A stretch of 64,000 nucleotides of DNA, from the NCBI GenBank assembly GCA_963663385.2, contig CAXXXD010000003.1, positions 96,001 to 160,000 on the forward strand, written 5' to 3'. Positions 1-9,721 of this stretch are shown here, piece after piece (within the stretch, counting starts at the first letter, position 1; every line of letters starts with the position of its first letter). The stretch is from Oceanispirochaeta sp. (GTDB lineage Bacteria > Spirochaetota > Spirochaetia > DSM-2461). The notes under the pieces were generated by a model. The model had not been told where the DNA came from. It did no database searches and worked only from the letters and a program-made list of their open reading frames with translations. Position numbers and translations under genes: made by a program.

Positions 1-1
1 T

Positions 2-121
2 GTGGAGAAGGCGGTTGTAAATCTTGAGAAAAAGGAACTTTATATAAAGATAGGGGATGGCAGCCGGGTTATTGAAGAAGTAAAAGCTGCCGTTACCGAA
101 GCCGGATTCAGGGTTCTTTAG
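2..121 (+). CDS. 3' end of a heavy-metal-associated (HMA/CopZ-like) domain protein, partial at window edge
   Basis: Frame 2 reads VEKAVVNLEKKELYIKIGDGSRVIEEVKAAVTEAGFRVL*, resembling the C-terminal half of HMA domains; the CxxC motif would lie outside the window. Confidence 0.55.
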   Translation: MEKAVVNLEKKELYIKIGDGSRVIEEVKAAVTEAGFRVL

Positions 122-279
122 TATTTTGTGTTCACCCCTTTTCCCTTTAAGGTGATTAAGTTTAATTATCCTGCACTCTGAAGATTGTGCAGGATTCATC
201 ATGTTAAGTATGAGGAATGCAGTATTACGGGACAGTCAGGGCACTGAAACGGCATAAGACCGCAATTCTGAAATATTTC

Positions 280-325
280 TTGACAACTTATTAAACAAGA
301 TTTAATATCATGATAAATAAGTTGT
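280..325 (+). promoter_or_regulatory. sigma70-type promoter overlapped by a ROK-family-like operator
   Basis: TTGACA (280-285), 17 nt, TAATAT (303-308); inverted repeats TATTAAA-5-TTTAATA (289-307) and ACAACTTATT...AATAAGTTGT (283-292/316-325). Confidence 0.6.
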
Positions 326-335
326 GTGAGTATGT

Positions 336-1235
336 ATGAATATTGTTGGTATTGATATTGGCGGGACGAAGATAGCCTTCGGTTTAATTCAGGATGGCTG
401 TTTAAAAAAACAGAGCAGGATTAATACAGATCCCGCCGGATCCTTTCAGGAAAAGATGCGCGAATTATCCCGGGGCATTATTGAGATTACAGAAGGCCTT
501 ATCATAGACGGAATAGGGATCGGTTGTGCCGGCCCTCTGGATCCGTTGAAAGGAACTATAGAAAACCCCTATACACTGCCGGCGTGGCAGGGGGCGAATC
601 CTGTAGCGTTCTTCAGGAAGAAATTCTCCGTTCCTGTTCTACTGGATAATGATGTCAATGCCGCATTGGCAGGGATTGCCCACTTTGAATATCCGGATTT
701 GAAAAACGCGGTAATGCTGACATTCGGGACAGGAATAGGCGGCGCTGTTCTGATAGACGGGGAACTTTTCCGTATAGGTGCCAAACGTCATCCCGAGTTG
801 GGTCACATCCCTGCCGGACAGGGGGAGATGAGCTGCTATTGCGGTATCAGCGGCTGTCTCGAAAGCCAGGTTTCGGGTAAACGCTTTTCCCGAATGGTTG
901 AGGAAGAGGGGTATCGGGGGCTGGACGATTATTATGAGCTTCTGGAAAGGGGAGATAAAAAGGCTCTGAATCTGGCGGAACATGTTGCTGCCATTATCGA
1001 TCAGGGGCTGATGACATACAAGATAATATTTGAACCTGATGCCTTTGTTCTGGGTGGTGGATTTATGGACAGATTTTTCCCCTGGTACGTGAAGCTGCAT
1101 AATCCGTCTGTTACTTTTTCTGAATTCTACAGGAACAGGATAAATCTGATCAGGTCTGAAATAAATGGTGATATAGCTGTTCTGGGCGCAGCTGCCCTGA
1201 TGGAATCGCAATTACTTAAACAAAAAGGAAACTGA
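336..1235 (+). CDS. ROK family sugar kinase (glucokinase/N-acylhexosamine kinase-like)
   Basis: GIDIGGTK ATP-binding loop, DNDVNAAL, GTGIGG, ELGH, CYCGISGCLE zinc motif; no HTH. Confidence 0.9.
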   Translation: MNIVGIDIGGTKIAFGLIQDGCLKKQSRINTDPAGSFQEKMRELSRGIIEITEGLIIDGIGIGCAGPLDPLKGTIENPYTLPAWQGANPVAFFRKKFSVPVLLDNDVNAALAGIAHFEYPDLKNAVMLTFGTGIGGAVLIDGELFRIGAKRHPELGHIPAGQGEMSCYCGISGCLESQVSGKRFSRMVEEEGYRGLDDYYELLERGDKKALNLAEHVAAIIDQGLMTYKIIFEPDAFVLGGGFMDRFFPWYVKLHNPSVTFSEFYRNRINLIRSEINGDIAVLGAAALMESQLLKQKGN

Positions 1236-1236
1236 A

Positions 1237-1998
1237 ATGAATAGAGAAATCCAGCTGGGAACAATTAAATTCTGCCTGGCAGATGATTATGATGAAATGA
1301 GCAGGAGTGCGGCACAGATTCTTATCGAACAGGTCAACCGCAGAGCGGATTCTCTGCTCACTATAGCGACCGGTTCGACTCCCGAAGGTCTGTACAGGCA
1401 TTTCTGCCGCAGAGTCCGGGAAGAGAAGCTGAATATTGAGACTCTCCGTTTTCATAAACTGGATGAGTGGGCCGCTCTGAAAAAAGGAGATCCCGCCAGC
1501 TGCGATAGTTTTATCCGGGAGTTCCTGATTGATCCCCTCCATATTCCTGAGGACAGGTACTGGGGGGTAAACAGCGAGGCTGAAGATCCTGAAGGAGAAT
1601 GTATGCGTATTGCAGAACGGCTGCAGCGTGAAGGACCTTCGGATCTTTGCATTTTAGGTCTAGGGGCAAACGGTCATCTGGGTTTGAATGAACCGGATAC
1701 TTTTCTGTCTCCCTATACGCATATGATTGATTTAAGTGAGCAATCCAAATCTCATACCATGCTGAGTAGTGCTGAGTCGAAGGTTTCCCGCGGAATGACC
1801 ACAGGGATGGCTGAAATCCTACAGGCCGGGCAGATCCTGTTTCTTGTCAGCGGTGAACATAAATCCGGGCAATTCAAAAGGTTCATGTCCGGAAAGGTCA
1901 GCACGGAATTCCCGGCATCATTCCTGTGGCTTCATCCCCATGTAACATGTGTCTGCGATAGGGCTGCCGCATCATTGGTGGAGTGGGAGACCTGTTGA
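1237..1998 (+). CDS. glucosamine/galactosamine-6-phosphate deaminase-isomerase family (NagB/AgaI/YieK-like)
   Basis: ATGSTP, LDEW, LGLGANGHLGLNEP, FPASFLWLHP motifs. Confidence 0.88.
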   Translation: MNREIQLGTIKFCLADDYDEMSRSAAQILIEQVNRRADSLLTIATGSTPEGLYRHFCRRVREEKLNIETLRFHKLDEWAALKKGDPASCDSFIREFLIDPLHIPEDRYWGVNSEAEDPEGECMRIAERLQREGPSDLCILGLGANGHLGLNEPDTFLSPYTHMIDLSEQSKSHTMLSSAESKVSRGMTTGMAEILQAGQILFLVSGEHKSGQFKRFMSGKVSTEFPASFLWLHPHVTCVCDRAAASLVEWETC

Positions 1999-2538
1999 AT
2001 GCGTAAGGTTCAAAATCAGAAAGAGATGAAATTGAATAATCTCGTCAATATTCTTGATTACCTTAAAAAAAACGATATTGCGGTTAAATCGGTTCTGGCC
2101 AGGGAACTGGGGCTGAGTGTAGTAACCATTACCAGGATCTGTGATGATCTGGCAGAGGCCGGGATCCTTGAGTACACCGGGGAGAGAGAGTCGACGGGTG
2201 GACGTAAACCTGTAGGGGTTTGTCTGATTCCAGATTCCAGAGTGATAATCGCTCTGGATCTGAGTGAAAAGGATCAGGCATATCTCGGGGTTATGAACAT
2301 GGCTTATGAAGAAGTCGCTTCGGAGGTTGTCCGGATTTCGGACAGATGGAATCTGAATGATTTTCTGCAGGCCCTTAAAGGGAAATTGGAGGCATTGCAG
2401 GAACTGCAGATGACCGTAATCTTGTTATTATCGGCTGTTGCGAACAGTTCTATCAGTACTGGATTAAAGAGGATCAGATTATTCAGTAATTATTTTATCA
2501 GATTGGTTTCTGATAAATTAAGGAGGATTATATGTTAA
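1999..2538 (+). pseudogene. ROK family transcriptional repressor, internally deleted and frameshifted
   Basis: Intact winged HTH and STGGRKP linker, but only about 60 aa of the ROK domain; a ROK-like C-terminus (GTADDRNLVIIGCCEQFYQYW...*) continues in another frame at 2400-2489. Confidence 0.7.
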
Positions 2539-3770
2539 GAAAAATGTGTTTACCCGTAATGATGGTATTGCTGGTAAGTGGAACTCTATTTGCCGGCGGG
2601 CAGAAAGAAGCAGCCGATGGACAGGTTAAACTGACTGTTCTGGCGCCCTGGGCAGATCAGGAGCTGGAATCGTTTATGCCGGTTCTTACGGCATATGAAG
2701 AGGCTAATCCGGGAGTGACAATTGAGTACAGAACTGGTAAACCGGAAGATACGGCTACCATTCTGGCCGGACAGTTCGCCGTTAAACGGACTCCGGCTGA
2801 TCTGATTGATACATCTTTTTCCTGGTATATCCGGGAACAGGGTGAAAAGGGGCATCTGATGGATGTCTCAGGGCTTGTTTCCGATGCAGATTTTCTTCCC
2901 GGTGCACTGGATATGGTAAAAGTCAGCGGTGTTCCCTATGGGGCTCCCAGTGTGGGCGGTGTTACAATTACTGAGTACCGTAAGTCTTTCTTCAGGGAGA
3001 AGAATCTTCCCGATCCTGCTTCCCTCGGCAGCTGGGATGAGTACCTGGCATTACTGGATAAAATCCAGCTTATTCCGGGAGTAGACGGTGCCATAGGCAG
3101 CGGCGGTGGTGTAGGCTGGACATTCACCAGCATTATTGAAACCTATATTATTACTTTCGGCGGGGTGGAAATGCACAAGGCTCTGACCGAAGGGACGATG
3201 AAGTGGACCGATCCTTCAGTGCGGAATATTTTTGTGGAAAGACTTCTGCCCATGCTGCAGAAGGGATATTTCGGTGAACCCGATGAATTCGATGCTGTTC
3301 TGAAAGCCATGTGGAATGGCAAGCACGGGATGTATGTGGGGGACAGTACGGATAACCTTATGCTGTCACCTGCCGAAGACCGGGGTGTTTTCCTTCTTCC
3401 CGGACAGAAAGGCACAATACTATGGAACGATTTCTGGTTCGCCCCTAAATATTCTGAAAATCCTGAAGAAGCACAGAAGCTGTTCACGTTCCTGGCAACG
3501 GAAGGGCAGGTCATGCAGATCAAGGGCGGAGGGCGAATAGCTACTTATGCCAAAGTACCTGTGGATGCTTACCCTGCTTCTGAAAGGGAAGTTTTCTCCG
3601 TAATCCGGAATGCAGCCGTACGGCCCGATATGGATGATACGATTGGTGGGAAATTTCAGTCTGTTATCTGGGACCAGCTCGGGCTTATCTGGTCAAAACC
3701 GGATGTAACGACTCTTGATAGAGTTCTTGATGAGATACAGAAAGCCTCTGATGATACTTTAGATAAATAA
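2532..3770 (+). CDS. carbohydrate ABC transporter substrate-binding protein
   Basis: Signal peptide plus FAGGQKE, SBP family 1 fold, AGGAGG RBS, followed by two permeases. Confidence 0.9.
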   Translation: MLRKMCLPVMMVLLVSGTLFAGGQKEAADGQVKLTVLAPWADQELESFMPVLTAYEEANPGVTIEYRTGKPEDTATILAGQFAVKRTPADLIDTSFSWYIREQGEKGHLMDVSGLVSDADFLPGALDMVKVSGVPYGAPSVGGVTITEYRKSFFREKNLPDPASLGSWDEYLALLDKIQLIPGVDGAIGSGGGVGWTFTSIIETYIITFGGVEMHKALTEGTMKWTDPSVRNIFVERLLPMLQKGYFGEPDEFDAVLKAMWNGKHGMYVGDSTDNLMLSPAEDRGVFLLPGQKGTILWNDFWFAPKYSENPEEAQKLFTFLATEGQVMQIKGGGRIATYAKVPVDAYPASEREVFSVIRNAAVRPDMDDTIGGKFQSVIWDQLGLIWSKPDVTTLDRVLDEIQKASDDTLDK

Positions 3771-3778
3771 AAGTATAG

Positions 3779-3800
3779 CCGGGCTGATAAAACAGCCCGG
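3779..3800 (+). other. intercistronic stem-loop after binding-protein gene
   Basis: CCGGGCTG-ataaaa-CAGCCCGG perfect 8-bp stem. Confidence 0.6.
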
Positions 3801-3821
3801 GATTCTATACAGGTGGTAATT

Positions 3822-4700
3822 ATGAAAAAAAGAATTTCAAGGGATACGGTTATTCTGATAGCGCCCTCATTGATCCTGGTTGCGGTATTCCTTGTATATC
3901 CCATGTTCAGCAGTATCGGTATGAGTTTTTTTTCCGATTCCAATGAGTTTGCAGGACTTAAAAATTATATTGATGTATTTCAGGACAGCCGGATAATCAA
4001 TTTGAGAGGTTTTATTGATGGGCCTCCCTTCGGGGCTCTGATTCATAATCTGATCTGGATTGTGATACATCTTCCCATGACCATTTTTCTCGGGCTGATT
4101 TTTGCCCTTTTATTCCGGAACATTCCCGGCGGCGGAATTATCCAGTCTATTATCTTTATGGGTATGGTCGTACCTATGGTTATAGGCGGTGTAATTGTTC
4201 GCTTCATGTTTTCAAAAAACGCCGGAATGATCAGTCATTTCATGGGATTTCTGGGGATCGATTTATTGAACACTACCTGGATTGCTCACCCGGGGACTGC
4301 CCTGATTGCTCTGATTCTGATAAGTGTCTGGTTATGGACAGGATACTGTATGATTGTGTACCTGGCAGCCCTTACAACTATACCTGTTTCCTATTATGAA
4401 GCGGCCCGGATAGACGGCGCAAACAAATGGCAGCAGTTTAAAAACATTACATTTCCCATGCTTATGTCGGCAACGGGTGTCATTATCGTTATGACTATCC
4501 TGTGGGAACTGAAACTGTTTGATCTGGTATATGCCTCCACCGGCGGCGGCCCGGGAGGAGCAACAAATGTAATGGCTCTGGAAATGTACTTGACATCATT
4601 CAAGTTTCTCGAATATGGAAAAGGAACAGCTATTGCTACTATTTTAACTCTCATAACAGCTGTTCCCATAGCATTTTCTGTCAGAAAGGGACTGGATTGA
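3822..4700 (+). CDS. carbohydrate ABC transporter permease
   Basis: Hydrophobic helices and YEAARIDGA EAA motif; ATG 3822 follows AGGTGG. Confidence 0.92.
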   Translation: MKKRISRDTVILIAPSLILVAVFLVYPMFSSIGMSFFSDSNEFAGLKNYIDVFQDSRIINLRGFIDGPPFGALIHNLIWIVIHLPMTIFLGLIFALLFRNIPGGGIIQSIIFMGMVVPMVIGGVIVRFMFSKNAGMISHFMGFLGIDLLNTTWIAHPGTALIALILISVWLWTGYCMIVYLAALTTIPVSYYEAARIDGANKWQQFKNITFPMLMSATGVIIVMTILWELKLFDLVYASTGGGPGGATNVMALEMYLTSFKFLEYGKGTAIATILTLITAVPIAFSVRKGLD

Positions 4701-5551
4701 TGAGAGGTTTCAGATTAAAAAAGAATAAAGCCCTGAAAGGATTCAACACCCTATTCTGCTGGTTTCTCGGATTTGTCTGGGTTCTGCCATTTCTGGGACT
4801 GGTTATGGCATCTGTCAGACCGGGAGAGGAGCTGATTAATGGATGGTGGGTCCTGGATCAATTTTCCTTTTCACTGAAGAACTATTTTGATGTGCTGTTT
4901 ACGGCCTCTATTCCTTTAGCCAGGCCGATGCTGAATTCGCTGATTATATCCTTACTGGGAAGTATAATTCCGATTTTTTTCGGATTTTCTGCAGGCTATG
5001 CTTTTGCGCGGAACTATATTCCGGGGAAAAAGACTATTATGGTCATTCTGCTGAGTATCATGGCAATCCCTCTTCAGATGATATCAGTTCCCATATTCAA
5101 AATGATGAATGCCATGTATGTGCTGGACACCATCTGGAGCGTAACCATTCTGAATACAGCTACCTCCATACCATGGATTATATTTTTTATTATGAATTTT
5201 ATTATGGCCCAGCCTCTGGAAGTTGAGGAAGCTGCCAAAATAGACGGCTGCAATACCTATCAGATACTGCGCAGTATTGTACTTCCTCAAACCTGGCCGG
5301 CATTTATATCTGTATTTGTGCTTCAGTTTGTCTGGTGCTGGGTAGATTTCTTTCTGCCTCTGCTGTTTCTCTATTCGCCTGACAAGTATACGGCAGTACA
5401 GGTCATTCCCATGCTGAGAGGCCAATTCGTGACAGACTGGGGACGCCTGTCAGCAGCTTCCGTGCTGGTTACGTCAGTTCCCCTGGGAGTTTTTCTTATG
5501 CTTCAAAAATACTATATAGCCAGCTCTGTGGGCTGGGTACCGGATAAATAA
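4700..5551 (+). CDS. carbohydrate ABC transporter permease
   Basis: EEAAKIDGC EAA motif and TM helices. Confidence 0.92.
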   Translation: MRGFRLKKNKALKGFNTLFCWFLGFVWVLPFLGLVMASVRPGEELINGWWVLDQFSFSLKNYFDVLFTASIPLARPMLNSLIISLLGSIIPIFFGFSAGYAFARNYIPGKKTIMVILLSIMAIPLQMISVPIFKMMNAMYVLDTIWSVTILNTATSIPWIIFFIMNFIMAQPLEVEEAAKIDGCNTYQILRSIVLPQTWPAFISVFVLQFVWCWVDFFLPLLFLYSPDKYTAVQVIPMLRGQFVTDWGRLSAASVLVTSVPLGVFLMLQKYYIASSVGWVPDK

Positions 5552-5563
5552 GGAGATAATAGA

Positions 5564-6979
5564 ATGCATAATATGATGCGTGTCTTTACAGATACAACAA
5601 TAACGGAAGAGTATTACAATGCGGTGATAGAAGGTGCTGCACGGTTACTGTCAGAGGATGGAATCGGCTGCACCTCTTCCAGGGCCAAGGTTTTTCTATC
5701 GGAGAATCTGAATGGTGTGCGTTATACGGAAGATAAGGTTTATTTTTCCAGGGAACTGATCTATACGTTTCTGGAAGAGCTAAAGCAGAACTTCAGGAAA
5801 TGTAATCCCCTGGAGAAACCTCTGGATCACGGGGAATCCTGGTCCTGTCTGAATTATTATGACGGGGAAACCGATCAGATCCGTCCCGCCAAAGAGGAGG
5901 ATCTGATAAGGATTCTCAGATTCCTTGATGCCTATGGCGTCAAGGGGAAGGTTCCGCCTGTGGCTTTGAGTGAATTCCCTGCTTCACTCCGGGATTTGCA
6001 CAGCACAAGAATCTGTCTGGAGAACTCTCCGGTATACGGGGCTCCCACCCATACTCCGGAAGCTGAAGAAGCGCAGATCTATGCCGATATGGCCCAGGTG
6101 GTCAATCGCAGGATGTGGGTGTTGGCTATGCTGGTTATCAATCCTATGAAATTTGACGACAAGGTTCTCGATTTTGTCATTGATCAAAGGTTCAATCCTC
6201 ATTTTGATATTGAAATGGTCAGCGGGCTTCCTTCGCCGGGCAGTACAAGTCCGCTGGTTTTCCCGGCGGTGCATATACAGGGCATGGCGGAGGATCTGGC
6301 CTCATCCCTGTTTATGAAAGCTTCCATGAATATCTATGAACCCGCCTACCTGCGGGGGGATCCTTTCGATATGCGATATGCCAACTATGCCATTGCCGGT
6401 CCCGAGTATATCATGCTTGATATGGCGAACAGAAAGCTCTATGAATGGATGAGCGGTTCACCCCGCTGGTGGGGGTATCTGCTGACTATGAGTAAGAAGC
6501 CGGATGTTCAGGCCGCTCATGAGAGAACAATCAGCTGCTGGCTTCAGGCTCTTAACGGCGCTACATACTTTAAGGGAAGCGGTCAGATGGCATCCGATGA
6601 GGTATACAGTATGGAGCAGGTTGTCATCGACCGTGCCATTGTCAGGAATGTGGACCGTCTCCGGACCGGATTGACCCCTAAAATGGACGTGGATGAGAGT
6701 CTGGAACTTATACGGGAGGGACTGTCCGAAGGCAATTACCTGGCCCATGACAGCACATTGTCTGAATTCCGGGATTTCTTTACGGATAACCCCCTTTTCC
6801 CGGCTTCGAATCTCGGTCAGTGGCGGGAGAAGGGAGAGCCCTCGATATTGGATAAAGCCGGTGAGGAGATCCGCAGGCAGTGTGAGAAAACCCCTTTTGC
6901 CAGGAGCAAAGAGGACATCAGGGAACTCCGGGACATCTGCCGACGCGGTGAATCGGTTATACTTAAAAACTCAAGATAG
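5564..6979 (+). CDS. trimethylamine methyltransferase (MttB) superfamily protein, non-pyrrolysine
   Basis: Family-typical segments INPMKFD, PGSTSP, FDMRYAN...GPE, SKKPDVQAAHE, SMEQVVID, GNYLAHDST; no in-frame amber codon. Confidence 0.78.
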   Translation: MHNMMRVFTDTTITEEYYNAVIEGAARLLSEDGIGCTSSRAKVFLSENLNGVRYTEDKVYFSRELIYTFLEELKQNFRKCNPLEKPLDHGESWSCLNYYDGETDQIRPAKEEDLIRILRFLDAYGVKGKVPPVALSEFPASLRDLHSTRICLENSPVYGAPTHTPEAEEAQIYADMAQVVNRRMWVLAMLVINPMKFDDKVLDFVIDQRFNPHFDIEMVSGLPSPGSTSPLVFPAVHIQGMAEDLASSLFMKASMNIYEPAYLRGDPFDMRYANYAIAGPEYIMLDMANRKLYEWMSGSPRWWGYLLTMSKKPDVQAAHERTISCWLQALNGATYFKGSGQMASDEVYSMEQVVIDRAIVRNVDRLRTGLTPKMDVDESLELIREGLSEGNYLAHDSTLSEFRDFFTDNPLFPASNLGQWREKGEPSILDKAGEEIRRQCEKTPFARSKEDIRELRDICRRGESVILKNSR

Positions 6980-6991
6980 AGGAAATGCATA

Positions 6992-8362
6992 ATGGATAAA
7001 CTGAAAATTATTATCATCGGAGCGGGGAGCCGCGAATTCAGCAGGGGACTGATCCATGATCTTTTTCTGGAAGAGGATCTGTTTAAGGGTAGAGAAGTTA
7101 CCCTGGGACTATGTGATATTGATGAGGATGCTCTCAAAGTAATGACGGGTTATGCCGAAAGGGTTAACGCATTGTTCCGGAATCCCCTCAAAATAGAATC
7201 CTCAATCGACAGGACAAAAGTTTTGGAAGGGGCGGATTATGTTCTTGTTGCCGTTGAACAGAGCAGGATGGATCTGTGGGAACAGGATTTCAGGGTTCCC
7301 CAGGCATTCGGTTTCAAACAGGTCTATGGGGAAAACGGGGGACCGGGGGCCCTGTTTCATACCCTGAGGAACTATAACATCTATTTTCCCATCCTTGAGG
7401 ACATAGAGAAGATCTGTCCGGATGCATTGATCATCAATTTCACCAATCCCGAAGCCCGTATCCTTACGGCGATACTGAGGCACACTAAACTGAAAGCCAT
7501 CGGTCTGTGCCACGGTTTTTACGATTTTTATAACTTCATAGCAAAGGTTTTCGACCGCCCCTATGAAGAGTTTGATATCCGTACGGCCGGTATGAACCAT
7601 CTCTTTACTTTTTATAGAATTGAAGAGAAGGGCAGCGGCCGGGATATGATTCCCCTGCTGAAGCAAAAGCTGAAGGAGCAGCCCGAGCTGCTGCCCCCTC
7701 TGTCTCGTTATGTCTGGGAAAACTTCGGAGTGATCGGTATTGATTCGGATCATCATATAGGTGAGTATTTTTCCTATGCCCATGATTTTACGGGATTGCA
7801 GTGGGAGTTCGGTATTGAGAAACGCAGGATACTGCAGGATAAAAGATTTGTTGATTCCAACGTTGCCTTTCAGGCCTGGCGTTACAATGTGGATGTGGCG
7901 GAATATCTTGACGGTTCCTATGGCAGAAAGATTAACGATCAGCTGGAAGGCCGGGCAGAGCTGTCTCCGGGTGATATTGTTTCTTCCGGTGAACTGGCTG
8001 TGCCTGTTATTGCCGATATCGTTCTGGACAGAAAACGCTGGCGGGCAGCGGTTAATGTACTGAATACGGACGGGTATATTGTGAATCTGGATTCTGATGC
8101 CTGTATTGAAGTGCCGGCTGTAGTGGATAAGGAGGGAGTCCACCCGGAAAGAATCGGATCTCTGGATGAAGGACTGGCCGCTCAGATCAGACTTCAGAAC
8201 TCCATACAGAAAATCATATCCGATGCCTGGATGACAAAATCGAGAAAGCTGCTGCTCCAGGCCCTGCTGCTTGATCCTGTTGTGGACTCAGCTGTTAATG
8301 CAGAGAAAATGCTGGACTATATGCTGGATCTTCAGAAGGATTACATCCCCGAATTCAACTGA
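6992..8362 (+). CDS. family 4 glycoside hydrolase (alpha-galactosidase/alpha-glucosidase, NAD+/Mn-dependent)
   Basis: IIGAGS, GENGGPG, NFTNP, GLCH, AGMNH, LLLDP. Confidence 0.9.
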   Translation: MDKLKIIIIGAGSREFSRGLIHDLFLEEDLFKGREVTLGLCDIDEDALKVMTGYAERVNALFRNPLKIESSIDRTKVLEGADYVLVAVEQSRMDLWEQDFRVPQAFGFKQVYGENGGPGALFHTLRNYNIYFPILEDIEKICPDALIINFTNPEARILTAILRHTKLKAIGLCHGFYDFYNFIAKVFDRPYEEFDIRTAGMNHLFTFYRIEEKGSGRDMIPLLKQKLKEQPELLPPLSRYVWENFGVIGIDSDHHIGEYFSYAHDFTGLQWEFGIEKRRILQDKRFVDSNVAFQAWRYNVDVAEYLDGSYGRKINDQLEGRAELSPGDIVSSGELAVPVIADIVLDRKRWRAAVNVLNTDGYIVNLDSDACIEVPAVVDKEGVHPERIGSLDEGLAAQIRLQNSIQKIISDAWMTKSRKLLLQALLLDPVVDSAVNAEKMLDYMLDLQKDYIPEFN

Positions 8363-8368
8363 TTGAAA

Positions 8369-9721
8369 TCAGGATCGCCCCTTGTTCACGGCGTTTATGG
8401 AAAGATCGAAAACAACCTGATCCGGCACCAGGTTTCGGACGGTCAGATCACCGCCGTGCTTGCGGGCGATCATTCTGGTTATGGAGAGTCCCAGTCCGCT
8501 GCCGCCTCTATCCTGGGTTTTTCTCCAGTAACGGGTAAAAAGATGAGGTAGATCCTCTTTCGCAATCTGTCCCTTGTTTCTGACTTCGATGATATCGCAT
8601 CCGGTTTTCTCATGGCTGAATATGCTAATATCGATAACGAGGCCTGTTCCGTAAAGGATGGCATTCTGGATAAGGTTGCTTATCCCTCTCATCAGAAGGA
8701 TCGGATCCCCCCATATTTCCTTTCTTTCAATATCCGTATAGATCACTATTCCCTTCTCTTCGGCCAGAGGAATAAAACGGTCTAAAAGAGGGGTTATCAG
8801 ATCTCTTTCTGTCTGCAGGAACTGGCAGTTATGGCTGCCCAGGGTATCCTCCAGCTTATATAAAACTGACATATCGTCTATAAGCTGGTTCAGGTAGCCT
8901 AACTCTCTGTAAAAGTGATCAAAACGCTCTTCAGACAGTTTCATGGCTCCCAGTTCCACTGCTTCCAGTTGATTATACAGGCCCGCTATGGGACCTTTCA
9001 GGTCGTGGGTCAGTTCCTGAAGTCTGTGGTTTGCCCGTTCATCCTTTAAAATCAGCTGTCTTTGCAGATTTTCGGCAGCCTTTACTATCTGCTGTGATTC
9101 CCTGATTCTGGCGTCGGGAAACTGTATATCCCTCTTCCCGTCTGCCAGTTGAGAAATCGTATCGGATATTTTTCCGATGTTGACTGTCAGCTTTCTGGAT
9201 CCCAGATAGGCTGCTCCGATTATCAGGGGGAACGTGATGATCAGAACAAGAAGGATAAGATACATGGATTGTTTAATTATCTGAAAAAGGGATGGTTTTT
9301 CGATAAGTTTTTCAGGGGAGGAGAAAACCTCTATATAAGCAGGATCAATACCTTCAATCCCAAGGGAGTGCAATTCCCGGCCCTGACGGGACAACCGTTT
9401 TTCATCCATGCCGGGAGGGATCTCTCCCTTCTCCTGGAGAATATTGTAATCCCAGTCGTAAATCCGGATAAAGGAAACCACGGACAGTATATTGTCCAGA
9501 AAAAAAGTATACTGTTTTTCGGGGATACTCTCAAATGTCCACTCTTCACCGTATCCTCTTAAAGCTATTTGAATTTTGGCTATATCCGATTCTTCCTCTT
9601 TCTCGAGAATGCTGTGCATCAGAAACCGGATAGATATTGTACTGACTCCGGCAAACAGAATAAGATTGAACGTTAATAACAGCATAAAAAACGTGAACAG
9701 TCTGGTAAAGGCATTATGCAT
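8369..9721 (-). CDS. HAMP-domain sensor histidine kinase
   Basis: Two TM helices, THDLKGP H-box, NLIQNA N-box, GGSGLGL G2 box. Confidence 0.92.
   Translation of the reverse strand: MHNAFTRLFTFFMLLLTFNLILFAGVSTISIRFLMHSILEKEEESDIAKIQIALRGYGEEWTFESIPEKQYTFFLDNILSVVSFIRIYDWDYNILQEKGEIPPGMDEKRLSRQGRELHSLGIEGIDPAYIEVFSSPEKLIEKPSLFQIIKQSMYLILLVLIITFPLIIGAAYLGSRKLTVNIGKISDTISQLADGKRDIQFPDARIRESQQIVKAAENLQRQLILKDERANHRLQELTHDLKGPIAGLYNQLEAVELGAMKLSEERFDHFYRELGYLNQLIDDMSVLYKLEDTLGSHNCQFLQTERDLITPLLDRFIPLAEEKGIVIYTDIERKEIWGDPILLMRGISNLIQNAILYGTGLVIDISIFSHEKTGCDIIEVRNKGQIAKEDLPHLFTRYWRKTQDRGGSGLGLSITRMIARKHGGDLTVRNLVPDQVVFDLSINAVNKGRS

Noticed and set aside
5564..6979. Pyrrolysine recoding in the MttB-like gene
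   Set aside because: ORF is open to its terminal TAG at full family length; no pyl genes or tRNA seen
7202..8143. 313-aa minus-strand ORF
   Set aside because: Antisense shadow of the GH4 gene with no recognisable motifs
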